From: a virus
Strand: one strand, 5' to 3'
DNA: 64,000 bases
Virus record (IMG/VR): IMGVR_UViG_3300017917_000784
Span: 21,170-85,169 of that record
The notes below the pieces were generated by a model, which saw only the letters and a list, made by a program, of their open reading frames with translations, was not told the origin of the DNA and made no database searches. Positions 27,771 to 37,315 of this stretch are shown here, one piece after another. Within the stretch, counting starts at the first letter, position 1, and the number at the start of each line of letters is the position of its first letter. The translations under genes were made by a program, and so were the position numbers.

Positions 27771-28051
27771 GCCTAGTAGATAAAATAAATCCACTAAATG
27801 TTTTGGATTGTAGGGAGGTTGAAGATCCGCCTCCCCATTTCCATTATGTATATATCGACCTCAAATATAATTTGATAAAGTCTATTCACGACTGGGTTGT
27901 TACTAATCTACGACACAGATTCTATATAAGAGAAAGTCTTGTTTTGGACGACGGACAATACCAAATCAAACTTAAAATTGGTTTCGAAGAACCAAAAGAG
28001 GCTAGTTTCTTTTTAATCGCTTGTCCACATTTAAAGTACTCCGCAAATTAA
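27767..28051 (+). CDS. Hypothetical protein
   Basis: GTGA overlap; IGFEEPKEASFF. Confidence 0.6.
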   Translation: MSLVDKINPLNVLDCREVEDPPPHFHYVYIDLKYNLIKSIHDWVVTNLRHRFYIRESLVLDDGQYQIKLKIGFEEPKEASFFLIACPHLKYSAN

Positions 28052-28094
28052 ACTGATATATAATAGTGCCTTATTATATCAGAAGGAGTAAGAC

Positions 28095-28331
28095 ATGGCA
28101 GAAGAATTAAACCAACCAGTAGCAGAGCAAACACAGGCTCCTGCACAAGAAACACCTAATTATGATCTCACAGTACAAGACCTTGGCGCACTAAAGGCAA
28201 TTATCGATGTAGCCGCACAACGCGGTGCATTCAAGCCTGCTGAAATGCAAGCCATTGGAACTGTATACAATAAACTATCAGGTTTCTTAGACGCTGTGAG
28301 CAAACAGGGAGGTCAAAAAGAAAATGTCTGA
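28095..28331 (+). CDS. Hypothetical protein
   Basis: SD AAGGAG; IIDVAAQRGAFK. Confidence 0.7.
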   Translation: MAEELNQPVAEQTQAPAQETPNYDLTVQDLGALKAIIDVAAQRGAFKPAEMQAIGTVYNKLSGFLDAVSKQGGQKENV

Positions 28332-28944
28332 TAATTTAAAACACGTAGGTAGATTGTCTACTACAGGACGTAAAGTTCTAGTAGCATACCGAACATTACC
28401 CGGCGAAAGCGATTCTGCATTAGTAATACAAACAGAATCATTAAGCGACGAGCAACACGACGCAATGATTCGTTTAGTAGAAAGCAACGCAGGTCAAAAC
28501 AGTTATGAGTTTGCCGAAGCATTAGCACGTGAACGCTTTCCTAGTGGAGAAGTTATGTTAACGTATCTTCATCAACAAGGTAAACTAACAAAGGTAAAAA
28601 CATCCGATGTTATTATGACACCAAGTTTGCAGGCTACAATTAAATTAGATCAGTTGAATCAGTTAATTGCAGAACAACAAGGCATCAGTGTTAATGATCT
28701 AGCATTAGGCAACAGCACAAAGATTCAAGAAGTGGGTCGTGTTAACGAAGTGGCTGCTCCTAAGAGTGAGCCGATTGAGCAACCTGCATTTGAAACCAAG
28801 TCTGACCAGCCGTTAAGCGACCAAGATATTGCTCGTCAATTACGTAGCCAAGCAGATGCATTATACAAAGAAGCCGCTAAACTTCGTGCTCAAGCAGAAG
28901 AATTAGCACCAAGTAAAAAGAAGACAACGGTTAAAGCAGAGTGA
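28324..28944 (+). CDS. Hypothetical protein with coiled-coil C-terminus
   Basis: SD GGAGG; long coupled ORF. Confidence 0.7.
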   Translation: MSDNLKHVGRLSTTGRKVLVAYRTLPGESDSALVIQTESLSDEQHDAMIRLVESNAGQNSYEFAEALARERFPSGEVMLTYLHQQGKLTKVKTSDVIMTPSLQATIKLDQLNQLIAEQQGISVNDLALGNSTKIQEVGRVNEVAAPKSEPIEQPAFETKSDQPLSDQDIARQLRSQADALYKEAAKLRAQAEELAPSKKKTTVKAE

Positions 28945-29273
28945 CACCAAAAGGCAAAGGGCTACCGAAAGATGTGGTAGCACAATGGCCTGAAGTGTTT
29001 GGTGAAATTAATGTAAAGGCTGTACCATTAACTTATCTTCATAGTATGAGGATAATTTTTAAAGGTGGTAAAGTTTGGGATATTAATATTGCCTCTCATG
29101 CTAGAGCCCATGGTGCCGATAATCTGGAAGAGCATTTACAAGAACTGCTGTCAAACTATGAGGAAGAAATTGAGCATATCGATTTCCGACTTGATGTTGA
29201 CCGTGTTAAAAAAGACGTGATGAAGCAGACTGCTTCATTCCTAAAAAAGAAACGTAAAAAGAAAGAAGAATGA
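28941..29273 (+). CDS. Hypothetical protein
   Basis: GTGA overlap; WPEVFG. Confidence 0.65.
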   Translation: MTPKGKGLPKDVVAQWPEVFGEINVKAVPLTYLHSMRIIFKGGKVWDINIASHARAHGADNLEEHLQELLSNYEEEIEHIDFRLDVDRVKKDVMKQTASFLKKKRKKKEE

Positions 29274-29803
29274 TAGCGGCACTATTCGCAGTAGACGAAG
29301 TAGGGGGCATGGGCTTTAAAGGACAACTGTCGTGGCCTCATAACAAAGAAGATATGACATGGTTTAAAACTATGACTCAAGATCAAATTGTTGTTATGGG
29401 AAAGCGTACTTGGGAAAGTCCTGATATGCCAAAGCCCTTACCTGGAAGATTCAATGTAGTTTTTACTAATAATTTTTTCGACAGAGATGATGTAGAACAA
29501 GTGCGTGGAGATGTGGCAGAAGCATTAAAGGCACTTAAAAGTAACAACAGAAGAAAAAAGATATTTGTTATAGGAGGTCCGAATTTACTCCTTCAGAGTA
29601 GACCTGTTTTAGACAAAATTTATGTCACTAGAATTAAAGGTGAATTTCTTCATGACACATATATCAATGTTGAAGAATTTACACAAGGAATGAAATTAAG
29701 CAACACAGTAAATTTAGGTTCCTGCATAGTAGAAGAATATACAAATGAAACAATATCATCAAGCACTCGAACACATACTCCAAAACGGAAAACACAAGAC
29801 TGA
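29270..29803 (+). CDS. folA: Dihydrofolate reductase
   Basis: LSWP...EDMTWFK, VVMGKRTWES, PLPGR, FVIGG. Confidence 0.93.
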   Translation: MIAALFAVDEVGGMGFKGQLSWPHNKEDMTWFKTMTQDQIVVMGKRTWESPDMPKPLPGRFNVVFTNNFFDRDDVEQVRGDVAEALKALKSNNRRKKIFVIGGPNLLLQSRPVLDKIYVTRIKGEFLHDTYINVEEFTQGMKLSNTVNLGSCIVEEYTNETISSSTRTHTPKRKTQD

Positions 29804-30587
29804 TCGTACAGGCGTAGGTACAATATCTGTATTTGGTTATCAAATGCGTTTTGATTTACGTCAGGGTTTTCCTGCCGTTACTACTAAAAAACTTGCCTGG
29901 CGGGCAGTAGTATCTGAACTACTTTGGTTTTTAGAAGGCAGTGGAGACGAACGCAGACTTGCAGAAATTCTACACGGTACTAGAGATCCAGAAAAGAAAA
30001 CTATCTGGACCGCTAATGCAGAAGCAGAATATTGGAAACCAAATGCCGCGTTTGAAGGTGACTTAGGTCGGGTATATGGAGTGCAATGGAGACAATGGGG
30101 CCCACGACTTGGTAACTATATTGATCAAATTGAAAGATTAATAGAAGGTATTAAGCGTGATCCTTCCGGACGCAGACACATCTTGACAGCATGGAATCCT
30201 GGCGAGTTGGATCAGATGGCGCTACCGCCATGTCACGTATTAAGCCAATTTGATGTAACCGATGGATATCTAAGTTGTCAGATGTATCAGCGTAGTTGCG
30301 ATATGTTTTTAGGAGTACCTTTTAACATAGCCAGTTACAGTTTACTTACTCATATTATTGCTCGCGAGTGCGGACTTAAAGTAGGTGAATTTATATGGAC
30401 TGGCGGCGACTGTCACATATACAAAAATCATGTAGACGCTGTAAAAGAACAATTAAGCAGAGAAGAAAGAACCTTACCTACACTGTTTGTTACTGTAGAT
30501 AAAAAACTAGGTGAGTACACTGTAGAGGATTTTATTTTGGAAAACTACAATCCTCATCCAACAATTAAAGCGGAGATGGCAGTATGA
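29745..30587 (+). CDS. thyA: Thymidylate synthase
   Basis: DRTGVGT, ELLWF, MALPPCH, YQRSCD, PFNIASY, HIYKNH. Confidence 0.97.
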   Translation: MKQYHQALEHILQNGKHKTDRTGVGTISVFGYQMRFDLRQGFPAVTTKKLAWRAVVSELLWFLEGSGDERRLAEILHGTRDPEKKTIWTANAEAEYWKPNAAFEGDLGRVYGVQWRQWGPRLGNYIDQIERLIEGIKRDPSGRRHILTAWNPGELDQMALPPCHVLSQFDVTDGYLSCQMYQRSCDMFLGVPFNIASYSLLTHIIARECGLKVGEFIWTGGDCHIYKNHVDAVKEQLSREERTLPTLFVTVDKKLGEYTVEDFILENYNPHPTIKAEMAV

Positions 30588-31507
30588 AAATATTTTTAAC
30601 AGGTGCTAGTGGATTTATTGGTAGCCATTTACAGCCATTGCTGGAAAAAAACGGACATCAAGTATATTGTTTAAAACACGATTTACTCGACTACGATGCT
30701 GTTACAGCAGAAGTAGTGCGCGAACAACCAGATGTTATTGTACACTTAGGTGCTAGAACTGAAGTAGAAAAAAGTTTTTACGAACAGATTACATTCAGTC
30801 AAATTAATTATGTAGGCAGTGTTAACCTTATAGAGGCTGCCAGCAAAGTTAAAAATCTTAAAAACTTTGTATTTGCCAGTACCATGGAAGTCTATGGTTG
30901 GCAACCTATCAGCGACGAAATTAAGTACAATAGAGTTCCTAAAGAATTTATTGCTTTTGATGAAAACACAGAACCACATCCTAATGCGCCTTACGCTGTT
31001 GCCAAATATGGTGTAGAAAAATACTTAGAGTATATGCATCGTAGTTGTGACTTTCCGTTTACTGCTATACGTCAAACAAATAGTTATGGTCGCAAAGACA
31101 ACGATTTCTTTGTAACTGAGCAAATTATCAGTCAAATGATTAAGAATGATAAAGAAATAAATCTAGGGTATGCAGAACCTTATCGTAATTTTATCTATAT
31201 AGACGACTTGCTAGGTGCATGGATGACTTGTATTGAAAATCCTGAACTAGTTAACAGTGGTAAAATCTTTACTATTGGTCCCGATCGTCCAATTAAAATT
31301 TCAGACTATGCGGCTATGATTGGTAGCATGATGGAATGGCGTGGAGAAATACACTGGAATAAAAAGCCTATACGCCAAGGAGAAATTTATTGGCTGTGTA
31401 GCAATCACAATCTCATTACTAAACTCACTGGATGGGCTCCTAAAGTTAGTCTAGAAGAAGGTTTAGAAAAAACTATCCGTGTGTGGCGAGAAAAACTTAA
31501 AAAATGA
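30584..31507 (+). CDS. NAD-dependent NDP-sugar epimerase/dehydratase
   Basis: TGASGFIG, ASTMEVYG, YAVAK. Confidence 0.92.
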   Translation: MKIFLTGASGFIGSHLQPLLEKNGHQVYCLKHDLLDYDAVTAEVVREQPDVIVHLGARTEVEKSFYEQITFSQINYVGSVNLIEAASKVKNLKNFVFASTMEVYGWQPISDEIKYNRVPKEFIAFDENTEPHPNAPYAVAKYGVEKYLEYMHRSCDFPFTAIRQTNSYGRKDNDFFVTEQIISQMIKNDKEINLGYAEPYRNFIYIDDLLGAWMTCIENPELVNSGKIFTIGPDRPIKISDYAAMIGSMMEWRGEIHWNKKPIRQGEIYWLCSNHNLITKLTGWAPKVSLEEGLEKTIRVWREKLKK

Positions 31508-32016
31508 TTAGCGGTCGTATTACTCCTACATGGACTTACGAAACTTTAGAATCACTTGATATAAATCCACATCACGAAATATATCGAGGATTTGATCTTA
31601 TAGATGAACAGGATCGTAATCGATACCCATCGTCAGTTATGCACGATGTACATAGAGATTTACCTGCATTTCTCGACGAAGATATATTTGAAAAAGAGTT
31701 TGCTTGGCTAGCAGAAAAAAGTTATGCCCTACATCGTATGCAACCAGGTATGTTGCTGCCGTTACACAAAGATCGATACAGGTACTACAGTCAAAGTCGA
31801 AATCTTAAAACAACAGAAAATGTTGTACGAGTTATAATGTTTCTTAGTGATTGGAAGAACGGACACTATTTAGAAATAAACTATAGTCCTATAACAAACT
31901 GGCGAGCTGGAGATTGGGTAGCATGGAGAAACGATACTGCTCACCTTGCCGCTAACTTAGGGCATAAAAATCGATATACTTTACAAATTACAGGTATCGA
32001 TATTTCTAAGAGTTGA
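31504..32016 (+). CDS. 2OG-Fe(II) oxygenase-like protein (paralog of 17222..17728)
   Basis: LLPLHKD...HLAANLGHKNRYTLQITG. Confidence 0.72.
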   Translation: MISGRITPTWTYETLESLDINPHHEIYRGFDLIDEQDRNRYPSSVMHDVHRDLPAFLDEDIFEKEFAWLAEKSYALHRMQPGMLLPLHKDRYRYYSQSRNLKTTENVVRVIMFLSDWKNGHYLEINYSPITNWRAGDWVAWRNDTAHLAANLGHKNRYTLQITGIDISKS

Positions 32017-33321
32017 TAATATTAAAAGATTATGTTCTAGGATATCTTTGACTTCCTCGTACATTAATTTTAATTGATCAACAGATTTAGAATCTATAAA
32101 TTCAATAACATCAAAGATCTTTTTCAAACGTTGTTCATGGTTCGTTTCTTGATCATAACTTTCGTCCCACAGCCTATCAAATGTTTTAAACCCTAATTGT
32201 TTTAACCATTCTAAACTGCGAGGACTTGAAACTAATACAAACGGTCTTCCGGCTTTAATAGCATTAATAACCTTTTCGCTTATGTTAGCACTAGGTCTAC
32301 GAAATTCAGATTCCGTTACTACAGCACAAAAACAACTTGTATAATCTTGAAAAGGTAACGGCTTAACTGTAGGACAGATGTACTCTTCGTCACCCACATC
32401 GGGAACTGCAAACAACTGTGTTTTATCTATGGTAGTTTTTTTAAAATTAATATCTAAAACATAAGGAACATTGGTTTGCAGAAAACTGGCTCCTTGTTTT
32501 AGTTTTAAAAATAATTGAGAGTCGGAGTCTTTCCATCTTTCTATCATAGTCCACAAATTTGTATCTTCTAGAGCAGTATCGTATGCCCAAGATATTTTAG
32601 AATCTAATCGTACTAAAAAGGCTGCTAGTAAAAATCTATGGTCAGCGTATCTCCAGTTTCCGCACCAAAATTTATTTTTAATAGATTTGGAATTTAGATT
32701 CAACATCATGTCTTGATCTAAGTCAAAACTAGATCTAATATTGCTGGTACCCGATAACGTAGATATGTAATTCTCTCTATAACTAATTTTAATATTAGGA
32801 TATTTTTCTGACAAATAAGGTGCTATACCATAATCGCGAACAACAAGTTCTACATTAGATATATTATTCTTATGCATGAATACACGAACACAGTCTACAT
32901 CAAAACAAAAAAAATCTGTGTCATTATCGAACTCAAAAGAAAAATCCTTAGCAGTATAATTTTGATTTTCTCTTACTATAAACTTTTTTGGTATTCCTGC
33001 ATGATACCACATTATTTCATAGTAAAATATTTTTAGCCCTTTTTCTAAAATTAAACTGCGTTCTTCAGGTGTTAACATCATATCTTCTATCTGTACAATA
33101 GTGCCGGCACCTGTAGCAATCATATAGGGTGTGTCTAACTTATCAAAAAAACCACCTGCTATTTTATCATCATAATAATCAAAAAATGTATAAGAGTCTT
33201 TTACATCTTTACGAAATACTTCTGTTCCGTCTTCTAACACCAGATATGGTTCACCGCCAAAGTTCTTGTATAGAACATCTCGGTAAAATTTATCGCTAAC
33301 GTCTTTAAATTCTTTAGGCAT
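31981..33321 (-). CDS. Glycosyltransferase-like protein (GT10-like C-terminus), paralog 1
   Basis: NWRY..HR, VVTES...ISEK...PF...GFKTF..WDESYD. Confidence 0.55.
   Translation of the reverse strand: MPKEFKDVSDKFYRDVLYKNFGGEPYLVLEDGTEVFRKDVKDSYTFFDYYDDKIAGGFFDKLDTPYMIATGAGTIVQIEDMMLTPEERSLILEKGLKIFYYEIMWYHAGIPKKFIVRENQNYTAKDFSFEFDNDTDFFCFDVDCVRVFMHKNNISNVELVVRDYGIAPYLSEKYPNIKISYRENYISTLSGTSNIRSSFDLDQDMMLNLNSKSIKNKFWCGNWRYADHRFLLAAFLVRLDSKISWAYDTALEDTNLWTMIERWKDSDSQLFLKLKQGASFLQTNVPYVLDINFKKTTIDKTQLFAVPDVGDEEYICPTVKPLPFQDYTSCFCAVVTESEFRRPSANISEKVINAIKAGRPFVLVSSPRSLEWLKQLGFKTFDRLWDESYDQETNHEQRLKKIFDVIEFIDSKSVDQLKLMYEEVKDILEHNLLILSTLRNIDTCNL
32143..32169. repeat. 27-nt identity shared by the GT-like paralogs
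   Basis: cgtttcttgatcataactttcgtccca at 32143-32169 and 33461-33487; an 18-nt core recurs at 37486-37503. Confidence 0.8.
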
Positions 33322-34582
33322 ACTGTAAAGTATTTAATTTAGAAAAATTGTGATCAAGTATAGGTTTGATATCATCGTATAATCGTCTCAATTGATCTAT
33401 GGTCATCGCATTTATTGAATCTAATGTTTTAAAAATCTTTTCTAAACGCAGTTGATGATCCGTTTCTTGATCATAACTTTCGTCCCAAAAATTACTGAAC
33501 GTTTTAAATCCTAGACTTTTTAAATATTCAAGACTATATGGACTTGATAACAGTATAAAGGGACGCTTAGATTTAATAGCATTAAATGTTTTTTCAGTAA
33601 TAGTACCTAACGGATGAGCAAATAATGATTCTGTAACTATGGCTAAAAAACTACATTGATACGATTCTAAAGGCAAAGGAACAGCATTAGGCGGTATGCC
33701 ATCATAGTTGGGTGTAGTATAAAGTTGACCATTATCTATACCTGTTATGTTAGGATTAATATCAATAGTCCATGGGGCTCCATTACATAGTATGCTGTCG
33801 TTTGATATAAAGTCAAATTTAGATAAGTCAACCCATGTTTTTATATCTTGTATACTAGTATTATAGGACCAAGAAAACACAGAAGATTTATCAACAAGAT
33901 ATAATGCTGTTAAATGCCTATGTATATCGTAACGCCAGTTACCTGACCAAAACTTACACTGTATTGTTTCGCTAGAGAAGTCAAGCAACGGATTATGTTG
34001 ATGTGAATTTGGTATTCCTTCAGTATGGGCTAATAGACTTAAAAGAAAAATATCCTGTGTTTTTATTTGAAATTCAGGATAGTTGTTTTGCAATGAACTC
34101 GAATTGTACTCACAGGTGTAAACTGTTACATTGATTAAATTATTTTGTTTAACAAATAATTTTATGCTTTCAAATTCATAAGAAAAATTACCCGCAGTAA
34201 AATCATAATCGCGTGGGCTGTATTCTTTATTTTCAGTAATATAAAATTTTTTTGTTGGTTCTTTTGTAAATGTTAGATTTTCAAATAGATATATGTCTAA
34301 TCCTTTTTGATTTAACAGTACTCTATCGGCTGATTTTAAAATTAAATTTTCTAACTGTCGTATCGATCCTAGCCCTGTATAGATAAAGAAAGGGGTAGTT
34401 TGAGAATTTAAAATTGTGTTAGAATAATGTTCCTGAAAATAATCAAAAAATGTATAGTCAGCAAATCCTGGAAATAATGTATCTCCGCTGTCTGTGATTA
34501 TTTTAGGTTCATTTATTTTCTGATATAGGACTGCAAAGAAACCAGGTCCTTCTATACCGTTATAATTTGAGGATGAGGTCAT
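33314..34582 (-). CDS. Glycosyltransferase-like protein (GT10-like C-terminus), paralog 2
   Basis: Same motifs (IVTES, ITEK, GFKTF..WDESYD); ATG 34582 chosen as start. Confidence 0.55.
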   Translation of the reverse strand: MTSSSNYNGIEGPGFFAVLYQKINEPKIITDSGDTLFPGFADYTFFDYFQEHYSNTILNSQTTPFFIYTGLGSIRQLENLILKSADRVLLNQKGLDIYLFENLTFTKEPTKKFYITENKEYSPRDYDFTAGNFSYEFESIKLFVKQNNLINVTVYTCEYNSSSLQNNYPEFQIKTQDIFLLSLLAHTEGIPNSHQHNPLLDFSSETIQCKFWSGNWRYDIHRHLTALYLVDKSSVFSWSYNTSIQDIKTWVDLSKFDFISNDSILCNGAPWTIDINPNITGIDNGQLYTTPNYDGIPPNAVPLPLESYQCSFLAIVTESLFAHPLGTITEKTFNAIKSKRPFILLSSPYSLEYLKSLGFKTFSNFWDESYDQETDHQLRLEKIFKTLDSINAMTIDQLRRLYDDIKPILDHNFSKLNTLQYA

Positions 34583-35750
34583 AATACTCTGCAAAAGTTT
34601 TAGGAAAACTTTCTCCTCTATATGGATCTCGAATTTCAATATCTTTTAAAAATCTCGACCATTGCTCTGGGTCGTCTTGAGATCCGTCTATGTAACTCCA
34701 AATCTTTTCAATTTCTTCCCAATACACTGTACCTTGGTCCACTGTATTTTTAAAATGTTGATATATCTGATCTTTCAACTTTCTAGGTATGTGTTGCATG
34801 GCAAAATTGTTAGGATTGTATACTGTATTAATAAAGAAAGGGAGATCATATTTTTTAGAAAAATCTATAACTTCATTTACATAATATACATTATAACTAC
34901 TAGCAGTGTAATGAGTTAATAAAGTTCTACGTTCTCTATCTTCCTCTCTCCATGCTAACATTTTTTCAATATTAGAGTGTACTTGATCCCATTTAGCAGG
35001 ATGACGCATATATTCAAATCTTTCGCCTATACCATCAAGACTTAGACCTATTCCTACTAATCTAAAATGTTTAAAAAGTTCTACTCGAGAATCGTCCCAG
35101 AAAGTACAGTTAGTGTTAAAACTTAACTCGATGTTTTTAGCATATCCTTTTTCTACTGCGTGTTCAAGAATATCCCATGTTGTTTTAATCATGAATGGTT
35201 CGCCACCAAAGAAATGTAATTCTTCTATATCGGCTAAACTTTGAGATTTTAAAGATTGATAAAAACTACTGTCCGGTTCAATTCTAAATATATTTTGTTT
35301 TTGGAAAGTTTGGTAATACTCTTTTTGGTCGCCTAAATCTAAATCATAAAACTCTTTAATCCAGTAAGAACTATCTATAGGATTGCAGGTACGACATTTA
35401 AGATTACACTGGTTACCTAAAGCAAGATCTATTAGAGTAAGTTTATTATTCTTTTCATAAGTTTTACCAAACCACCGTATTTCACTCATACGAGGACTTT
35501 CGCCACCAATGTCTTCTACTTCCCAACACTTGGTGCAGTTTTTGTCTCGAATACCGTTGTCGAGATTTGTACGTATTTGCTGAAACTCTGGACTGTTAAA
35601 CGCTTCCTCGAGAGTATGTGTTTGAGCCATAAACGGTTTTCCTGTTTTAGAATCAATAACAGGATCACCATTACAACAAGTTGTAATTAGGCCACTAGTT
35701 TTAATACTAACATTATGTGCGGCAAACGGACACCATAAGTCTTTATTCAT
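34560..35750 (-). CDS. Twitch-domain radical SAM protein
   Basis: N-terminal CPF...TCC...CTKC; CNLKCRTC; GGEP. Confidence 0.9.
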   Translation of the reverse strand: MNKDLWCPFAAHNVSIKTSGLITTCCNGDPVIDSKTGKPFMAQTHTLEEAFNSPEFQQIRTNLDNGIRDKNCTKCWEVEDIGGESPRMSEIRWFGKTYEKNNKLTLIDLALGNQCNLKCRTCNPIDSSYWIKEFYDLDLGDQKEYYQTFQKQNIFRIEPDSSFYQSLKSQSLADIEELHFFGGEPFMIKTTWDILEHAVEKGYAKNIELSFNTNCTFWDDSRVELFKHFRLVGIGLSLDGIGERFEYMRHPAKWDQVHSNIEKMLAWREEDRERRTLLTHYTASSYNVYYVNEVIDFSKKYDLPFFINTVYNPNNFAMQHIPRKLKDQIYQHFKNTVDQGTVYWEEIEKIWSYIDGSQDDPEQWSRFLKDIEIRDPYRGESFPKTFAEYYDLILKL

Positions 35751-36732
35751 GATTTCTCTCTAAATCTAAAGTAACACAGTGGAACCCGCCACCTAATGTT
35801 CGTTGCTGACGTCCTGGCAAGCAAGCACAATCTATACCATAGCTCTCAATTTGTCGACGCAGTTCATCTTGTCCCTCTAACATAACTACGAGGTCTGGTC
35901 TTATACTAAACAAATTAACGTTTAACCAAGGACTAGCGTTGCAGTATCCAGGATAGTGACCAATATCTACTGGGTCTGCGGCAAATATAGCGTCCCAACT
36001 TTGTAATTTTTTAGGTAGTTGATCTTTGCTTTTTACACGACTAGGATTTAACAACATCAGTCCTTCACGTAGAAAAGCAATAGTACTATCAATATGCATA
36101 TAACTATATACGCCTTCGACTAAATGAACTTTTTTATTTGGTACTAAACTCTGCAAATACTCCGCTCCGGTTTTATTTCCACTATTGCTGACTAGATAAT
36201 ACAAATCATCATTATCACGTAAAATATTTGCGGCATCAAAACTAGGTTCTACTTCGGTAAGTGCTAACGTATTTTTGTCACCTAAACAATTTATGTTATA
36301 CAATCCGTCTGGTCTAGAAATTTGCTTATCAATATACCTGACATTTTGTCTTGTATAAGGATAAAAATGCTCGTGCATGGCCATATATTCATTAGTTCTT
36401 GCTCGAAGAGGTTGTGGTGTTGCTAAAATTAAATCATCGTAAACTAGTACGTTATCTCTAGGACAATAATTATAATATTTAGGCACACGAGTTTTATCAG
36501 GCCGTAAAACTTCAACTCCTTCTTTACGTAATAAATCGCAAAACTTTTCTAAATCTTCGTTGGCTTCGTCTATAACTTGTTGCGGATATTTTCCTTGAGG
36601 GATTTCACTAACGTCTTTTTTATCTGCGTAATTTATAGTACGCAAACTAATGTCAAGAGACGGAATAGTAGCATCATCGGCAATACCGACTATTACTTTT
36701 TTTAACGGGTCGTATTCGTTTTTACTAAGCAT
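35743..36732 (-). CDS. Amidinotransferase
   Basis: NEYDPLKKVIVG, YCPRD, HIDST, GGFHC. Confidence 0.92.
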   Translation of the reverse strand: MLSKNEYDPLKKVIVGIADDATIPSLDISLRTINYADKKDVSEIPQGKYPQQVIDEANEDLEKFCDLLRKEGVEVLRPDKTRVPKYYNYCPRDNVLVYDDLILATPQPLRARTNEYMAMHEHFYPYTRQNVRYIDKQISRPDGLYNINCLGDKNTLALTEVEPSFDAANILRDNDDLYYLVSNSGNKTGAEYLQSLVPNKKVHLVEGVYSYMHIDSTIAFLREGLMLLNPSRVKSKDQLPKKLQSWDAIFAADPVDIGHYPGYCNASPWLNVNLFSIRPDLVVMLEGQDELRRQIESYGIDCACLPGRQQRTLGGGFHCVTLDLERNHE

Positions 36733-37315
36733 TGAAAACCTTCATTTTAGATATGTTTGGGTAGTCTTGCCAACTCCATTGTTTGGCTTCTCGTTCTATA
36801 CAACTTGGTAGTTTTTCTAAACCTAATTGAGCAGTTTCTGGAGTCATATAGTAATGATAACCCATTATATCTACGTCTTGCTCTGCCCATGGTACATCAG
36901 GCAACCTTCCATCGTAACTCATTTTTTTAAGTGTAATATAATCGTCTTTGTTATCGCAAAGTATCATACCGCCACGGCCTAGATTAAGATGTTTTCTAAA
37001 TTGAAAACTAAGACAAATTAGTTTTCCTGAAATATAACCATTTTGTTTCCAGTAAACTGCACCATCGATTATATTTGTATTACCTATTTCGTAATACTCC
37101 TGCCATTGTTCATTTTTAAATTCCCATGATAATCCTAACTTTTTAAAAGTCATAGGAATTGAAAGATATGTATGTGTAGGGCAAGTAACATTATTACTAT
37201 TACGAAGCCTTAAAGATAATTCAATGGCATGAGTACAACAATCGGTACTTACAGCGTAAGGAGCATTGTAAAATTCAGCAACTGATTGTTCGAACTCTGC
37301 TATCTTATTCCACAT
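36725..37315 (-). CDS. Short DegT/DnrJ/EryC1/StrS-family PLP aminotransferase
   Basis: FEQSVAEF, CCTHAIEL, IIDGA, SFQFRKHL...GG, GYHYYM; only 196 aa. Confidence 0.8.
   Translation of the reverse strand: MWNKIAEFEQSVAEFYNAPYAVSTDCCTHAIELSLRLRNSNNVTCPTHTYLSIPMTFKKLGLSWEFKNEQWQEYYEIGNTNIIDGAVYWKQNGYISGKLICLSFQFRKHLNLGRGGMILCDNKDDYITLKKMSYDGRLPDVPWAEQDVDIMGYHYYMTPETAQLGLEKLPSCIEREAKQWSWQDYPNISKMKVFNA

Noticed and set aside
28053-28082. Inverted repeat CTGATATA...TATATCAG before an SD
   Set aside because: AT-rich, imperfect and single-copy; it cannot be distinguished from chance without data.
29745-30587. ThyA as a dCMP/dUMP hydroxymethylase for pyrimidine hypermodification
   Set aside because: Canonical PFNIASY (Asn specifying dUMP) and an adjacent DHFR indicate an ordinary thymidylate synthase.
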